64,000 nt of DNA from Dipteris shenzhenensis. Lineage: Eukaryota. The position numbers were made by a program, and so were the translations under genes. The first letter of the stretch is position 1; every line of letters starts with the position of its first letter. Below the pieces are notes generated by a model that ran no database searches, was not told the DNA's origin, and was given only the letters and a program-made list of their open reading frames with translations. Where the stretch lies: NCBI GenBank assembly GCA_047967505.1, contig CM106538.1. The stretch is one strand, 5' to 3'. Below are positions 23,501-37,120 of the stretch, one piece after another.

Positions 23501-25945
23501 TAGTGGCATGTGTTGCGGTTGAGCTGACATGGCATGTAAATCCGGTACTATAGCTAGCATTCTATACAAGCATCCCTCCTTGACACCTTTTCCTACTAGT
23601 TGAAATCTTTTGGATTTGTGTCTCTGATAATGCATTCATCTCCTTTGAAGATGACTCGGTACTTATGTTCCATCATTTGACCTACTGACAAGAGGTTCTT
23701 GTTGCCTCCAAATTGAGGTTGCTAGTCATAGACATGGTGCAAGAAATGTACTCAAAAGTGTCTGTGAAATCACTTTCTGAATCAATTGCAAATCTAAACT
23801 GTCAGTGAAGATAAGACTGCAATATATAATCAAATCTATTACAAGGCTTGTGGCAAATGATACCGAGAGTAGAAAAGAGTCTTTACAAGGCTTGAAATAA
23901 TGTGCACACTGCCGAAAAATAGCCAAATAGGCTTTACAATGATGGCATGTGTATGTGAAATCAAATCATGTGCAATCTGCCCACTGAACAATCGGTCAAT
24001 GCCTCTGAACACTTTAAAGTCTCCTCATTGAACTATAGAACGTCAAGTTTCAGGTAATGTGATGATGTGAAACAGCATGTGAGCAAAGGGACTAGAACTA
24101 TTTAGGAACTTTTTGACATGGCTTTGATTGGTTGCTTTGGAGTTCTCTCTGCTATGGATGATCTAACGTACTTTAACCTGGATCTAGACCAACCATCAAG
24201 CAATGACAAAGTAGCAAATAATTCCTTTTCTTTGTTCGTTTTAGGTGCTAAGTCACATGCATCGATGTAGAGGCTAATGCGTGTAAGAAGTAGATTTGTC
24301 AATGAGGCTCAAAAGTGTGTGATACTTGTGCCAAAATGTCCATGTGATGTGATAAGTACGTAGAGCACAAAAAATCAAGCGTTTTTTTGTTTTTGGAGCA
24401 CCCTCAAATTCTTCCTGGATCAAGAGATATTGCTTGATCAAGGTGGAGGGACAAAAAAGGATGCTAGTGATGATGTGGCACTAAGAGTCACATGCAAGGG
24501 TGTGCCAGTGGAGCAGTGTGCTAGGGGTTTGTGCCTTGTGGCAGGTGGATGGGTTAGTTGATGTAGCTCACTACTTCTGGTGACATGTGTTGATGTGGCC
24601 TGGAAGTTGGACTGCTGATGTGGTAGACTGTGTGGCATGGCACACCAATGATGTGGCAAATATGGTTGCCGCATGGCTCTGAATTGACCAAGCCTTGTGG
24701 TAAGCTGCCCAAATTGCCATGTGGCAGTTGATGCTTGAAGGATAAGATACACCAAAATCTTCAAGATTCCAGTGAAATCTTTGAAGATTTTGTTCTGTTG
24801 GAGCTGTTCGTTGATGCCGAGGGCATGAATTTAGCACTGCGCCATGGACGCTGATGATGCAGAGAGATGGCGGATCGATGCACTGTGGCTCTATTGAGAA
24901 GAGCTATTTGTTGAGGTTGATGTTGCTTGTTGATGTCGTAAGGTTGTGCATGTTTGCATGCAGGGAGTCGGTGGTGGAGTCAAGCTGTTGTGCCTCTGTT
25001 GTTTGATTGGAGCCATTGATAGAAGGTCGAAAAACTCGTGTAGATGGTCCTGTTGAGCTTGTCTGCCATCTGCAGGAGCTCCTGTGTAGTCCGGCTTATA
25101 TCGGCTGTTGAAAGGAGCTGGAATCGTTGTGCAGTTGGAGTCATCGCGGAGCCCGTTGGTGCATTGCTTGGTCATAGGAGAAGCTCGCTTGGAGGCTTGC
25201 AGGTTCACAATCGAAGCCTCTATTGAAGGAGTCGGTGCTGTGGCGGCTTGGAAAATATGCAGGTTGGTTGTTGTTGTCTGAGGCGTGGAGTTGTGAGTCT
25301 ATTGAGGGACGAGACTCTGTGGACGGTCGACTGGTGAGGTCGAGTCGCTGCTGTGGCATTGTGAGCAGCCTGTGCTGCTGCCTTGGAGATGTAGCATCAA
25401 GGAAGGAGTTTTGTAGTCGGCCTGTGGATGGAGTTGAAGGGGCTGTGGATGGCCTGTGAGCCCTTGAGGTCGTTGAGCTTTAGAGGTCCTCGTTGAAGAG
25501 CAGGGAGCTTGGCTGTTGTTTGGAGAGCAGCGGGCTGCTCGTTCATGGAAGGCATCTAGAGCCTGTAGTGCTCGACACTAGCTTAGGTCGTAGATAGTTG
25601 TAGATAGGTCCCTTAGCTCTAGAGGTGGAGAGGTGTTTCCTGCGGCTTCTGCAAAATGTTGTAGCAAGCTCCTTCTATCTACAAAGCAAGGCATCAATGA
25701 CCCTTCAAAGTCTTGCAGAGAATAGATCTCTCTCAAACGAAAATGAACAAAAATGACTCTTTCACTCTTAATGAAAACCTCTCAGCGATCTCTCTCTCTA
25801 AGAATGAATACTTAATCTCTCAAAGAACTCTCAAAACAATGAATGGATGGAGATTCTTCTCTCAATGAATGGAAATTTTCTATCACTCATCGAAAGTGAA
25901 AGAACTCTTGATCTCTCAATCACTCTCAGCCTCTCAGCCTCTCGT
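20588..25945 (-). mobile_element. Copia B: second copy of family A with 3' LTR only, gag/protease deleted, 5' LTR missing
   Basis: LTR 20588-20818 (231 bp, lacks one copy of the internal ~26-bp repeat of A's LTR) plus PPT; pol 20907-23703 homologous to A; leader 23704-~25945 homologous to 11632-~13965. No PBS or 5' LTR found. Confidence 0.9.
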
Positions 25946-26265
25946 TCATTTCTCCTTGTACCATTTTTGTAAAGTATAGTGGCACATCCACACATTGAGA
26001 GATCTTTATCATATGCATCAAAGTATATGTTGTGTGCTTCAGTGTGATCTCTAGATGAAGGCAATTCATGGTCTTCCATCTATCATGTTGCTCAATAGGT
26101 TGGGTGCCCTTATAAACTGAATCCCCTTTCCCCCATAGTCCATGAACCTAAGCTCATGCACTTCCATCTTTGTTGTATTCCCTCCATCATCTTCCTCCAA
26201 TTTTAGGGGACAAATTGAAAGATCTAGTCCTTAGTCACCAAGCTCTTGATGGTCTTCCAATGGAT

Positions 26266-29200
26266 TGTTGAGATATCAAGCTCTACCCCCGATATATCTC
26301 CTGGATGACTATCATTTATGTCACCGCCTATGTTAGTTGTACTCGTGGTGTAGTTAGACTACCACGTATGTTTTTGGTTTGGGTTCACATATGAACCACG
26401 TATTCTAGGTTTCGACATATAGGGTATTTCCCTCTTCTATTGTATTGTTGTTGTGTGCAAAAGTGAAGAAAGGCTTCACCCTCCAACCTTGTGTCCTCTC
26501 TCTTTTGTGTGTTGTAAAGAAAGCTGAACTTGAGTCTCCTATCTCTCTCCCTTATTCTTTACATGGTATCAGAGCCTTGTTCGTGGTAAGGAGCTCAAGA
26601 AAGCAAGCCAAGTTTGTGGTGTCCTGGTAAGAGGACCAGTGTTGCTTTCCTATTTCGAGTTTGGGAGCAAATCTCTGCAGGTAGCACAGCCAGAAGTGCA
26701 GGAGTGCAATGTTTCAGATTGAGAGGCCCTTCGCGGTGTGGCGAGAGCGCACTTTATTTTTTTGATTTGAGGCCGTTTCGGGGCCCGTTTTGAAGGCGCA
26801 AGTTCTTCGCAGGCACTCAGAAAAAGGCCCTATTTTTCGCTGTGCGACCACTGCGCGGCTAGTCGGTGGAAAAGTGCCACAGAAATTGCATCGTATGCCT
26901 GTGTGCAGAGATATTGGGAGTTGCAGATTCATGCTTGTTGCCTGTTGATGCAAAATCGTCATCACTAGGAAGTGACTGTGTGGTGAAATACCACTTTCGT
27001 CAGTGTTGCAGATCTGCCCCTGTGAGGCTTTTTGCAGAAGTTTTGCTATTTGCCCTTGTGAGGCATTTGCTGTGTTTACAGGTTGCTGTTGCAATTCGTG
27101 ATTTGTAAAATGTCTGAGAATCTGTCTACCATTGTCAGTGAGAAGCTTGACAAGAACAACTTCCAAGCATGGAAGTTCAGGAATACAAACTTCCTTATGG
27201 GAAAGGGAGTTTGGGAGTACATCAGTGGTGAAACTGCAGAACCAGTTTTGGGTACTGCTCCCACTCCTACTGAATTGAAGGCCTTTAAAGAATGGCATGA
27301 AAAAGCCAGAAAATGCCTGTATTGGCTGTCTGTTAGCATTTCAGATTCTATGATTGTGCATATACAGGATGTAGAGACGCCTAAGGAGGCATGGGATACA
27401 TTGGTGAAGCTGTATAGCACAAATACCAAAGCACGAAAGATGCAGCTAAAGCAGGAGTTGCACAATGTGCAAAGGAAAAATCTGAATATAAATGAGTATT
27501 CCTTGAAGGTGAAAGGCCTTGCAGATTCTCTTGCCTCCATTGGAGCACCTGTTGATGATGAGGACTTAGTGTCCGTGACCTTGAATGGTCTTGGGAAAGA
27601 TTATGCACAGTTTCGGACATCCATTGGAGTCCCTGAAACATTTCCTGATTTTCAGGAACTTATTGCTCTCTTGCTGAGTGAAGAGCAAAGGAATGGTGGT
27701 TCAGCCACCTCAACTTCTCAAGAGACTGCTTTCTACTCGAATACAGGTAGAGGCAGGGGTAGAGGAAGAGGCCGTTTTGGTGGCCGTGCAGGAAATCAGA
27801 ACCAACAGCAACAACAGGAAAACAAGTCCTATGGAGGAGGACGTGGTAGTTCTAGAGGCAGGGGGAGCCAAAGAGGCCGTGGTTCATGGCAAAGGAACCA
27901 GCAAGTAAATAGCAGCACAGTATGCTATTATTGTGGAAAGCCTGGACACAAGGAGAATACATGCTATAAAAAGCAGAATGACATCAAAAGTGGGAAGTTG
28001 CAGCAAAGCAACTATGCATCATCAAGTGGGCATGGTGACGACAGAAATGAGCACCTTTTTGTGATGCAGCATATGGTTAACTCCATGTCAGGAGATGCTG
28101 CAGCTTGCAATGATGTTTGGTATGTTGATTCAGGTGCCTCTAACCACATGACCAGTCATGGTGAGTGGTTTCATGATGTTAGAAATTTGGATAAGCCAGG
28201 TTATGTTGAAACAGGTGATGATACTGCGCACCCAATTACGCAGGTTGGTAAAGTGCCATTGGCTATGCAGGATGGCAAAACGAAGTACTTGGCAGATGTA
28301 CTTCATGTTCCAAAAATCACTAAGAACCTGGTTTCAGTTGGCCAAATGGTTGAGCAAGGTCTGCAGGTTAGATTTAATCCTGATGGATGCTTTGTTGAGG
28401 ACTTGAAAAATAAGTGCCGCTTAGTTGCGAAAGGCAACAAAAATGGCAGAATGTTCACATTGGATGTTGATATGCCTGAGGTGAAAGCTGCTATGTTTGC
28501 ACATGGGAGAGGTGTCATTGCAAATATTGAGATATGGCACAAGCGCATTGGGCACGTGAATATACAAAGGCTGAAATCTATGCAAACGAAAAACATTGTT
28601 GCAGGTTTGCCTAAATTCAGAGTTGAGGGAATGCAAAAGGTATGTGAAGCATGCCAAATGGGTAAGCAGGCCAGACATGCATTTCCCAAAAATGCTAAGG
28701 TAAGCAGAAGACCTTTGGACGTGATCCATTCAGATGTTTGGACAACCAAAACTGCTTCTATTGGTGGATGCCATTATTATGTGACGTTTATTGATGACTA
28801 CACTAGGAAGGTGTGGATTTATTTTATGAAGCACAAAAGTGAAGTGTTCAGCCATTTCAAGGCTTTTAAGGCCATGGTTGAAAAAGAGAAAGGTGTGCAT
28901 ATTAAAGTGCTAAGATCTGATGGAGGGGGAGAGTACTTTTCAGAAGAATTTTGTGAATATCTGAAAGAACAGGGAATTCAAAGGAAGTACTCATGCAGTT
29001 CTACCCCTCAGCAGAATGGGGTTGCAGAAAGGAAGAACAGGCATATTGCAGAAGTAGGACGGGCGATCCTAAATGAGAAAAACATGCCTGATTATTTTTG
29101 GGCTGAAGCAGTAGCAACTGCTGTTTATATTATGAACAGAACCCCCACTGCAGCTGTCCATGGCATGACGCCTGAAGAAATGTATACAGGCCAAAAACCA

Positions 29201-31719
29201 GATATTTCTCACTTGAAGGTATTTGGTTGCATAGCTTATGTTCATGTTCCTGATGAGAAGAGAACAAAGCTGGATCCAAAGGCAGAAAAATGCATCTTTA
29301 TTGGATATGCTCTGCACCAGAAAGGGTATCGCTGTTATAACCCTTCCACCCGCAAAATGCAAGTGAGCAGAGATGTTGTTTTTGATGAAATGAGCAGCTG
29401 GTATGCACCAACTGTTATGGTAGGAGATGCAGATGCAGGAAATGGGAATGCTGCAATAAATGCAGAGCAGCAATCTCAAGCCTTGAGTGGACCCAGAGAG
29501 TCCTCTACTAGTGGATCTAATGCATGGACAGGGAGATTGAGATCTAGTGAATCGTCACATGGCAGCCCTGATAGTGTTGTGCAGGTATCACATAAGGGAA
29601 AAGAAAAAGTAGACCATGCTCCAGTGTTCGATGTGTCTGCTGGTAGCTCACATGTTGATGGAGAGTCAAGCGGCTCTGAAATGAGCCTTGATGAGGAACT
29701 TGGGATTCCTTCTGTTGTTACACTTGGTGCAAGGAAAAGCAGGCATGATTTAAAGACTCCTGCAACTGATCCAGTTGTACAGAGGTCCACTCGTATTAAG
29801 TATCCAGTTGACAGGCTGAGATATGATGGGTATACAGCACATCACTATGCTTATATGGTCAAGGTTCTAGAGGAGCCAGAGCCCACATGTTTTGAGGATG
29901 CAGCAGGGCATAAAAATTGGGAAGCAGCTATGGATGAAGAGATGGCTGCCTTGGATGCAAACCACACTTGGGATTTGATGCCTTTGCCTCATGATAAGAA
30001 GGCTATTGGCTGCAAGTGGGTTTACAAAGTAAAGCACAATGCTGATGGGTCTGTTAGCAGGTACAAGGCAAGATTGGTTGCCAAAGGTTTTGCGCAGACA
30101 TATGGAATTGACTATGAGGAAACTTTCAGCCCAGTTGCAAGGATGGCAACCGTGAGAGCAATAATTGCTATGGCTGCTGCAAAGGGATGGTCTTTGCATC
30201 AGATGGATGTGAAAAATGCCTTCTTGCATGGTGATTTGCAGGAAGAGGTTTATATGATGCAGCCAGAAGGTTATGAGGATAATTCACACCCCGATTTTGT
30301 ATGCAGGTTGCGCAAAGCCTTGTATGGCTTAAAACAGGCGCCGAGGGCATGGTCAGACAAGATAGGGCAATATCTTGTCACTATTGGATTTCAGATTTCC
30401 AATTCAGATTTTTCACTTTATGTGAAAAGGACAAACAGAGGGATTGCGCTTATAGTCATCTATGTTGATGACTTGATTATTACAGGTGATAGTGATGCAG
30501 ACATTAATGAAGTGAGGCTGCTGTTGAAGCAGAAATTTGAGATGAAGGATTTGGGAGAGCTGCGTTACTTCTTGGGCATTGAGGTTATTAGATCCCCGAG
30601 TGGGATATGGCTGTTGCAAAGGCAATACGGTTTGGACATGCTGTCCAAATATGGGATGACAGGCTGTAAGCCTATCTCTGTTCCATTGGAGCAGAATGTG
30701 AAGCTCAATGCAGAGACAGGTGAGCTTCTTGAAGATATTACTATGTACAGGCGCATAGTAGGTAGCTTGATTTACATGACTATAACCAGACCAGATTTGA
30801 GCATGCTGTGGGGCTGGTGAGTCAGTTTATGCAGGCACCGAGGAAGCCACATTTGGATGCGGCTAGGCGCATACTGCGGTATGTGAAGTCCACATTGCAT
30901 TATGGACTGTTTTATGAAGCTGGGTGTGCATTACAGGTACATGGATACACAGATGCTGACTGGGCTGGTAGTGTCTCAGACAGGAGATCTACTAGTGGTT
31001 TTATGTTTTCCCTTGGGAGTGGTGCCATCAGTTGGAGCAGCAAGAAGCAGCCAACAGTTGCCTTGTCGAGCACAGAGGCTGAGTACAGGGGTGCAGCAAT
31101 GGCTGTATGTGAGGTAGCTTGGTTACGGAAGCTACTTGCAGATATGGGACAGTCAGTTCATGCAGCAGTTGTCATTCATTGTGACAACATTAGCAGCATC
31201 ATGCTTGCTAATAACCCAGTTTATCATGCTAGAACGAAGCACATTGAGGTGCATTATCACTTTATGAGAGAGAAGGTTCTAGCTGGTGAGATTGATCTTG
31301 TCTATGTCAGCACTGAGGAGCAGGTGGCTAATATTTTTACGAAGGCATTGGGTACCGAGAAGCTTCGCAGATTTAGGAGCTTGCTTGGTGTACGTGAGAT
31401 GGATTTGAGCTTGAGGGGGAGTGTTGAGATATCAAGCTCTACCCCCGATATATCTCCTGGATGACTATCATTTATGTCACCGCCTATGTTAGTTGTACTC
31501 GTGGTGTAGTTAGACTACCACGTATGTTTTTGGTTTGGGTTCACATATGAACCACGTATTCTAGGTTTCGACATATAGGGTATTTCCCTCTTCTATTGTA
31601 TTGTTGTTGTGTGCAAAAGTGAAGAAAGGCTTCACCCTCCAACCTTGTGTCCTCTCTCTTTTGTGTGTTGTAAAGAAAGCTGAACTTGAGTCTCCTATCT
31701 CTCTCCCTTATTCTTTACA
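26266..31719 (+). mobile_element. Full-length, very young Ty1/Copia LTR retrotransposon C
   Basis: 298-bp LTRs 26266-26563 and 31422-31719 with no difference found by eye; TSD TGGAT (26261-26265, 31720-31724); PBS TGGTATCAGAGC 26564-26575; PPT GAGGGGGAG 31413-31421. Confidence 0.99.
27110..31464 (+). CDS. gag-pol: Copia C gag-pol polyprotein, interrupted by one 1-bp deletion at 30802/30803
   Basis: ATG 27110; [65 protein letters not shown]; continues in ORF 30808-31464 (YTDADWAG, TEAEY, CDN, HIEVHYHF). The stop lies inside the 3' LTR. Confidence 0.97.
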
Positions 31720-34700
31720 TGGATGCTAGTAGGATCATCCCACTCTATTGGATAGTGTTTAGAAAATTTTGTGGAGATGTAGTAGCAATCCTTTTTTGGC
31801 ACTCATATCATGCATTGACTACATGACTTTGGGCCTCTTCCTTTCGGCCTCTCTTGGGCCTACTCTTGTATGAGAAATAATTTTCCCACTCTTTTATCTC
31901 TATCATCATGTGAGGGATCGTGGGGTCCTCTTACTCTTGGGCCTCATCTTGCATGAGCAATCTTGTGCCCATATTTGTGTCTATCATCATGTAGGGGCTC
32001 ATGTGGGGAGTCTTACAGGGGGACTTCTCCTTGTAAAATTCTATTAATATTGAAGGATATTGCACATTGGTTGCATGAAGTGAATGGTGACATATTGCTA
32101 GTTTCATGAAATCGTTAGGAGCACAAAGTAGCATACATGCATAAAGAAAATCTAGAGTATGCAATGTCATGCTAGTAGAGAGGATAAATATTTTCAATGC
32201 CAATGTGAATCATCACATTCAGAATATTGTCCTCCCTAGACTAGCAAGACTATATGAGGCTCAATGGTTCCATATAAACTTTCAGACTGGCAATATCTTG
32301 CTAGATTTTACAACATATTTTGCATCTGGAGTGAGGATCATTGAGAAGGAGATGCCACAAGACATTTGATAGGACCATAGGAAGGCCTTTAATATCAAAG
32401 AGGATTTGATAGAGAGAGTCCTCAAGAATGGGTAAGATCCTTGTAAGACCATGCTCAAAACATTGGCTTTCACTAGATTTACAAGTTTACAACCCACTCT
32501 AATGTGTACACACTCAATCGGATTACCAATGTAGTGCATTTTTTCTTTGACCCTCACAAGTATAGAAAGATTAGTCTTTGCAGGCATGACCAATCAATTT
32601 TGAAGCCTTAATATTGGTGTGACAAGGTGATGGAAATCAAACTTGTGGAGTGGAAAAAACCTGCAGATGTAATGGAGGGTCTCAGGAAATTTGGTCATTA
32701 TGAGGGCCTAGACATGTGGCCCATCAAAGAGATGGAGCCTATTTTGCAACTTGTAGACTAGTGTAAGTATTTTCAAGGATGATGTAATATGTTAATGGTC
32801 TTCTTTCCTCACCCCTCGGTTGATTGGAACTTAATGCTTGACATGCTGCCAAGATGCCCTCTCTTGCACTCCTTGGATAATGTTGCTTGGTTGTAGTCAA
32901 ACGAGTGTCTACTTGTCTACTCATCTTGGGATACCATAATGAGGTCAAAACCGTTTGGAGATGGGGGATCAAGCATAAAATAGTGTAGGGAGAGAGTATA
33001 TGTAAAGACAACCTTTATTACTTAAGAAAAGGGCTCATAGCCTATTATAACAGCCATGGCTGCAATAGTGCTCATGCAACACAATTGGTAATGCTCAACT
33101 CTCTCGACTCATTTCCTCTCACCTCCACTCTAGGCAAAAGAATGTATTAAACTAAGAAATATGATGAGCAATACCAATTGCAATAGTAGTAACAATGACC
33201 CGTTCTACTTTGAGTGTGAGCCTTAAGCAAAGAAAGGATGATCATAGTCAACTCAATTGAACCAGCTTTCCACCTCTCGTGATCGTCTTGATGTTTTATG
33301 CCCACTTTTCTTGTTGCTTGGTGCTCATGATCTCTGATTCTTGACTACCACTACCACTACCACCTTGGTGGGTTGGATATGCTTGGCTACTTGAAATCTT
33401 GGGGTTCCTTGTGTGGTCGTGGTTACTGGAGTCAACAATTGACCTCAACTCTAAAGTCAACTGAGTTTGTGCGGTCAAGTAGTGAGAGGAGACAAAGGGA
33501 GGCTGGCAAATACAAGTTGTAAGTAAAAAATTATAGGCCAAACACTTTGGCAGTTGTGCTTTGGGGCCAACTTGCTGACATTGGATGGAGGCAAAAGGTG
33601 CACGAGCTCGAGGGGGTGGGATGTATGGCATCCATGGCATGTCATCTAGAACTTGCAACACATATGCAATAATCAAATACGAGTCCAAGATTGTGACCTT
33701 GAGAGGCCACCAATATGAGGTGTTCATTTCCATCAAAATTTCATCAAGGTGGAGCTACTAGGCTTCTTTCCACCATTCAATCATTAAGGACCACATCTAG
33801 GTCTGCAATGCTAAGTTGTGAAGGCTTGTAGTTAAGCCACTTATGAGCACCATGACTCTGTCCTCTTAGTGATGAGGCTCAGGTAGACTTCAAGCAAATT
33901 ATGCCACATGGAGGTACTTAGCATGTTGTAGGATCTACTCTACATGTTGTAAGTAGGGAAAAATAGGCTAGCAAGGCCCAAGGCAAGTTTTCAACAATCA
34001 GCATGGGAAGAGTCCAAATCTTCATCATGACTGTCTATTTCTCAGCATTGTTGGAATCTCTTAGGCAACTGGACTTAGCCTTCACCAATAGATCAAACTC
34101 TTTATTGGGCCTATCACATACAAGCACACCCTAGCTAGATAATAGTCATATATGGAATGATGCAAGCTGAGAGTTTGTACATTGGGGGACTGGTGCCTCA
34201 TCTTCATTGGAAACCTCTAGGGTTTGGAAACTTATTTGGAGGTTCCCCTTTAGAAAATGGCACGAAGGACGATTGCAAGTAGATGGGCAGTAGAGTGTAA
34301 AACTTTAAAGGCCATAGGGATGGGCTCCACATCAAGGACCAAGAGAACAAGTTTGAGTGGCCACATTGGCCCAATACCTAAGTGGTACAAAAGACTAGCT
34401 AGAAAGAGAGGAAGTAATGCAAAAAACTAGGTGGGAAAAGGGGGTCCATTTGGCAATTGGGGTTGAGTAAGAGGAGTGCATGGGAAGTGGACTTGTAGCT
34501 AGACCTGTGCTTGTTTTTTTCTTTCCTTCGAGGCAAAAGTAGTCTTAAAGCTGGAAGATGTCTTACCTATAGCTACATAAGCATGAGGCATGGGGATTGT
34601 TACCTTGAAGTAACAGACCAAGGGCCACTAGATCCCATAAGACACCAAATCCCATTGGGCCCTCCTAGTCATGCCTTTGTAACTTGGCTAGATGCTTATT

Positions 34701-35899
34701 AGGAAAAGGGAACTTAAACGTTATCTGTTAAATGTGGGAAAAGCTAGGGACCTAAATGTGGGAAAAGGTATGGACCTACTTTGGGGGGATTCCCTTGAAG
34801 CTTGGAGGACGTCTAGCTTAGCTTAGGTGGAATGTGCATTTAGGTTAGCTTCCGTTGGCTATGACTTGCAACATGCTCAGACTTTCTATAGCTCAATTTT
34901 TAAAATGATGAGGGTGGCTTGGTCCTTCTCTTGTTGGAGGCAAAGAAAACCTAGGCTACTTGCAAAGCAACATGGTTTTTCTAGAGTTTCTCGATCTCTT
35001 CAATGAATTCATGACGTGACCTTGAAGCATGCAGTTTCGGAGACTATGAGAGAAAAACAATGGTTATTAAGATGTTTCTTGCACTCACATGCCTTCATGT
35101 ATTATGCCTTAGAACTCGTGGAGTTACCCAATGTTTAGCCACATGTATTCGGATGTCAAAGCACCCTCTTCCTTGAGTGTATGCTAGTTATGTTGGATCT
35201 AGGACTGGTGGTGGCAAGTTCTCTTGTTGAAGACAAAAAGCCTATCCGAACCGCTGCACTTTGGCACACCTGTATGTGTCCCCAAGGGTGGATGGTCCTC
35301 AAGCAAGTTAAACACAAATGGGTGGAGTTGGGATTGATGCTGGACTCCTTGGTGTGCTTGGAATGTTGGGAACCACCTAGTCCAACTAATTGGATCCTCC
35401 TTGGGATTCCTTGTAATTGAGTTTCTTGGTGGTGTGTGGGTGTGGTCCAAAGTGTGCATCAAGAAGCCACTCCCTACTCACTTGGTGTCCTTGAGGCCCT
35501 CATTAGTAGCTTCCTCCTTACGTTCATTTGAGATCATCTCTATGGTCAAAAAGGGAGGGACAATGGCTTGATGAATGGAATCCAACCTTCAGTGCTAGAG
35601 AATGAAACGACATCTTTCTTGATTTTGTCATAAAATCAAGGCTTGGACACGACAAAGTGGCTAGGTAATGCTAACCATGGAACTTGTCCTAAGGAGAGCC
35701 TATGTCTCAAAAAAACATAGATGGGTGCCAAGCTTGCAGTGTGCTTAATTGTGGGCACATGCTTGCAGCTAGCTTTCAAAAATTTTGGTGAAAATGCTAA
35801 GCGAGTCCAAATTTGTGCTTGATCTAGGCCACCAATGCCTTTGCCACTAGGGTGTGGCGCATGATACATGCATGTCTTGAGTCTAGTTATTCTACGATA

Positions 35900-37120
35900 A
35901 CATGGAAGAAGTGTTGGTTGTTATCATCCAATGTCCTATTAATCAAAGATCCTTGCCATGTGCTATAGCTACCCATCTAAAAGAGCTTTATTATGCAAGG
36001 TGGTGGTTAAAGGACTCTTGCCAGGTTAGAAACCTCGGAAGGATCTCTTCATTAATGCATATAGTCCTACATTCCTTCCATAGGTGGAGATTGGATTGAT
36101 AGTACCAAATGGATATTTACACCATTCCATCTCAAAGTTCCATCCTCCACTCTTATGGTTGATATCCTAAAATCTTGGGAAGATTTCAAGAGTTCTCTTT
36201 AGAGAGTTACCCCTTCCTCTCGTGAAGAGATTGATGGGTAATCAAAGATGTGGAATGATAGTATACTTGACGAGCATGACAAACCACTAGGTACTTCTCA
36301 CTATATGAAGGGATCTTCATGGGAGAGAGGTCCTCGTTCCTCTATAGAATCTTAGAGAATTGTCAAATGCCTTTTAGATGATTCCAAATTCTAGGTAGTA
36401 GGTCATCTAAGAGGAAGTGCAAGTAGAATCCAACAGACTGATGTAGCCATACCCTTGGATCGGGTTCTTTTGGAGATATGTTTCACTCGAAGGACAAGTG
36501 GCAAGGAGCCTTTATCTGGAAATCCCTTAGGAATAGAAAAATATCTCTTTTATTTTGGATTTCTATTAATGGAGGGATTGCTGTGAACTAGTTGAAGTAA
36601 AAATTTGGGTCAGATTCCACATGTTCTCAGATGAGTTTACTGATGAGTCTATTGATGGGTTAGATTCCACATGTTCTCATTGCCTCTCTACTAATGAGTC
36701 TATTCAACACTACCTACTATGGAACTGTAGATAGATTTAGAGCATTTGGAAGGGGATTGCAAGGCCATTGAGTAACTTTATGCATTCTTCATTCTTCATG
36801 ACCTAGGGCTTGGTAGCAAGGATCACTCTTTTGGGGCCTTAGGTGTTCTACAAGAGACGTGACTCTTCTTGGTCTCTTTTGACTGATGGCATTTGGTTGA
36901 GTCATTTTCTTTAGATGAGGTTCCTACCTCTATGTACAGACCTGCACATGCATTTATGGATACTTTGTGGGAGATTCTAGTGAGCATTTTTGCATGGGAT
37001 ATTTGGACATCCAGATGTATAGAGGACTTGGATGGTTTCCAATTCCATCCCACTCACACATTGGCTAATATCTATATGGACATTGTGCATACTCTCATAA
37101 CCATTTCGGGGACCATGTAG
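35900..37120 (+). mobile_element. Degenerate L1-type LINE ORF2 C-terminal fragments
   Basis: Broken frames YARWWLK..KPRKDL..KWIF..ILKSW..MWND and LWEILVSIFAWDIWTSRC, resembling the post-RT region and W..W..R(N/C) motif of plant LINEs. Confidence 0.55.

Noticed and set aside
23695-23710. Copia B deletion as a spliced-out intron
   Set aside because: The deleted segment does not begin with a GT donor; microhomology explains it better.
26714-27540. Antisense ORFs in Copia C (and similar in A and E)
   Set aside because: They shadow the leader/gag frame, are not preserved as the same ORF in relative E, and carry no motif.
30795-30820. Programmed ribosomal frameshift in Copia C
   Set aside because: No slippery sequence, it lies inside RT, and relative E is continuous here.
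31720-31731. TGGATGCT after Copia C's 3' LTR as a second PBS (tandem element)
   Set aside because: It is the TSD TGGAT; downstream sequence does not resemble the leader.
31730-35880. Scattered ORFs (e.g. 32282-32593, 33296-33736, 35636-35869)
   Set aside because: No recognisable motifs; probably very old TE debris that cannot be called from sequence alone.
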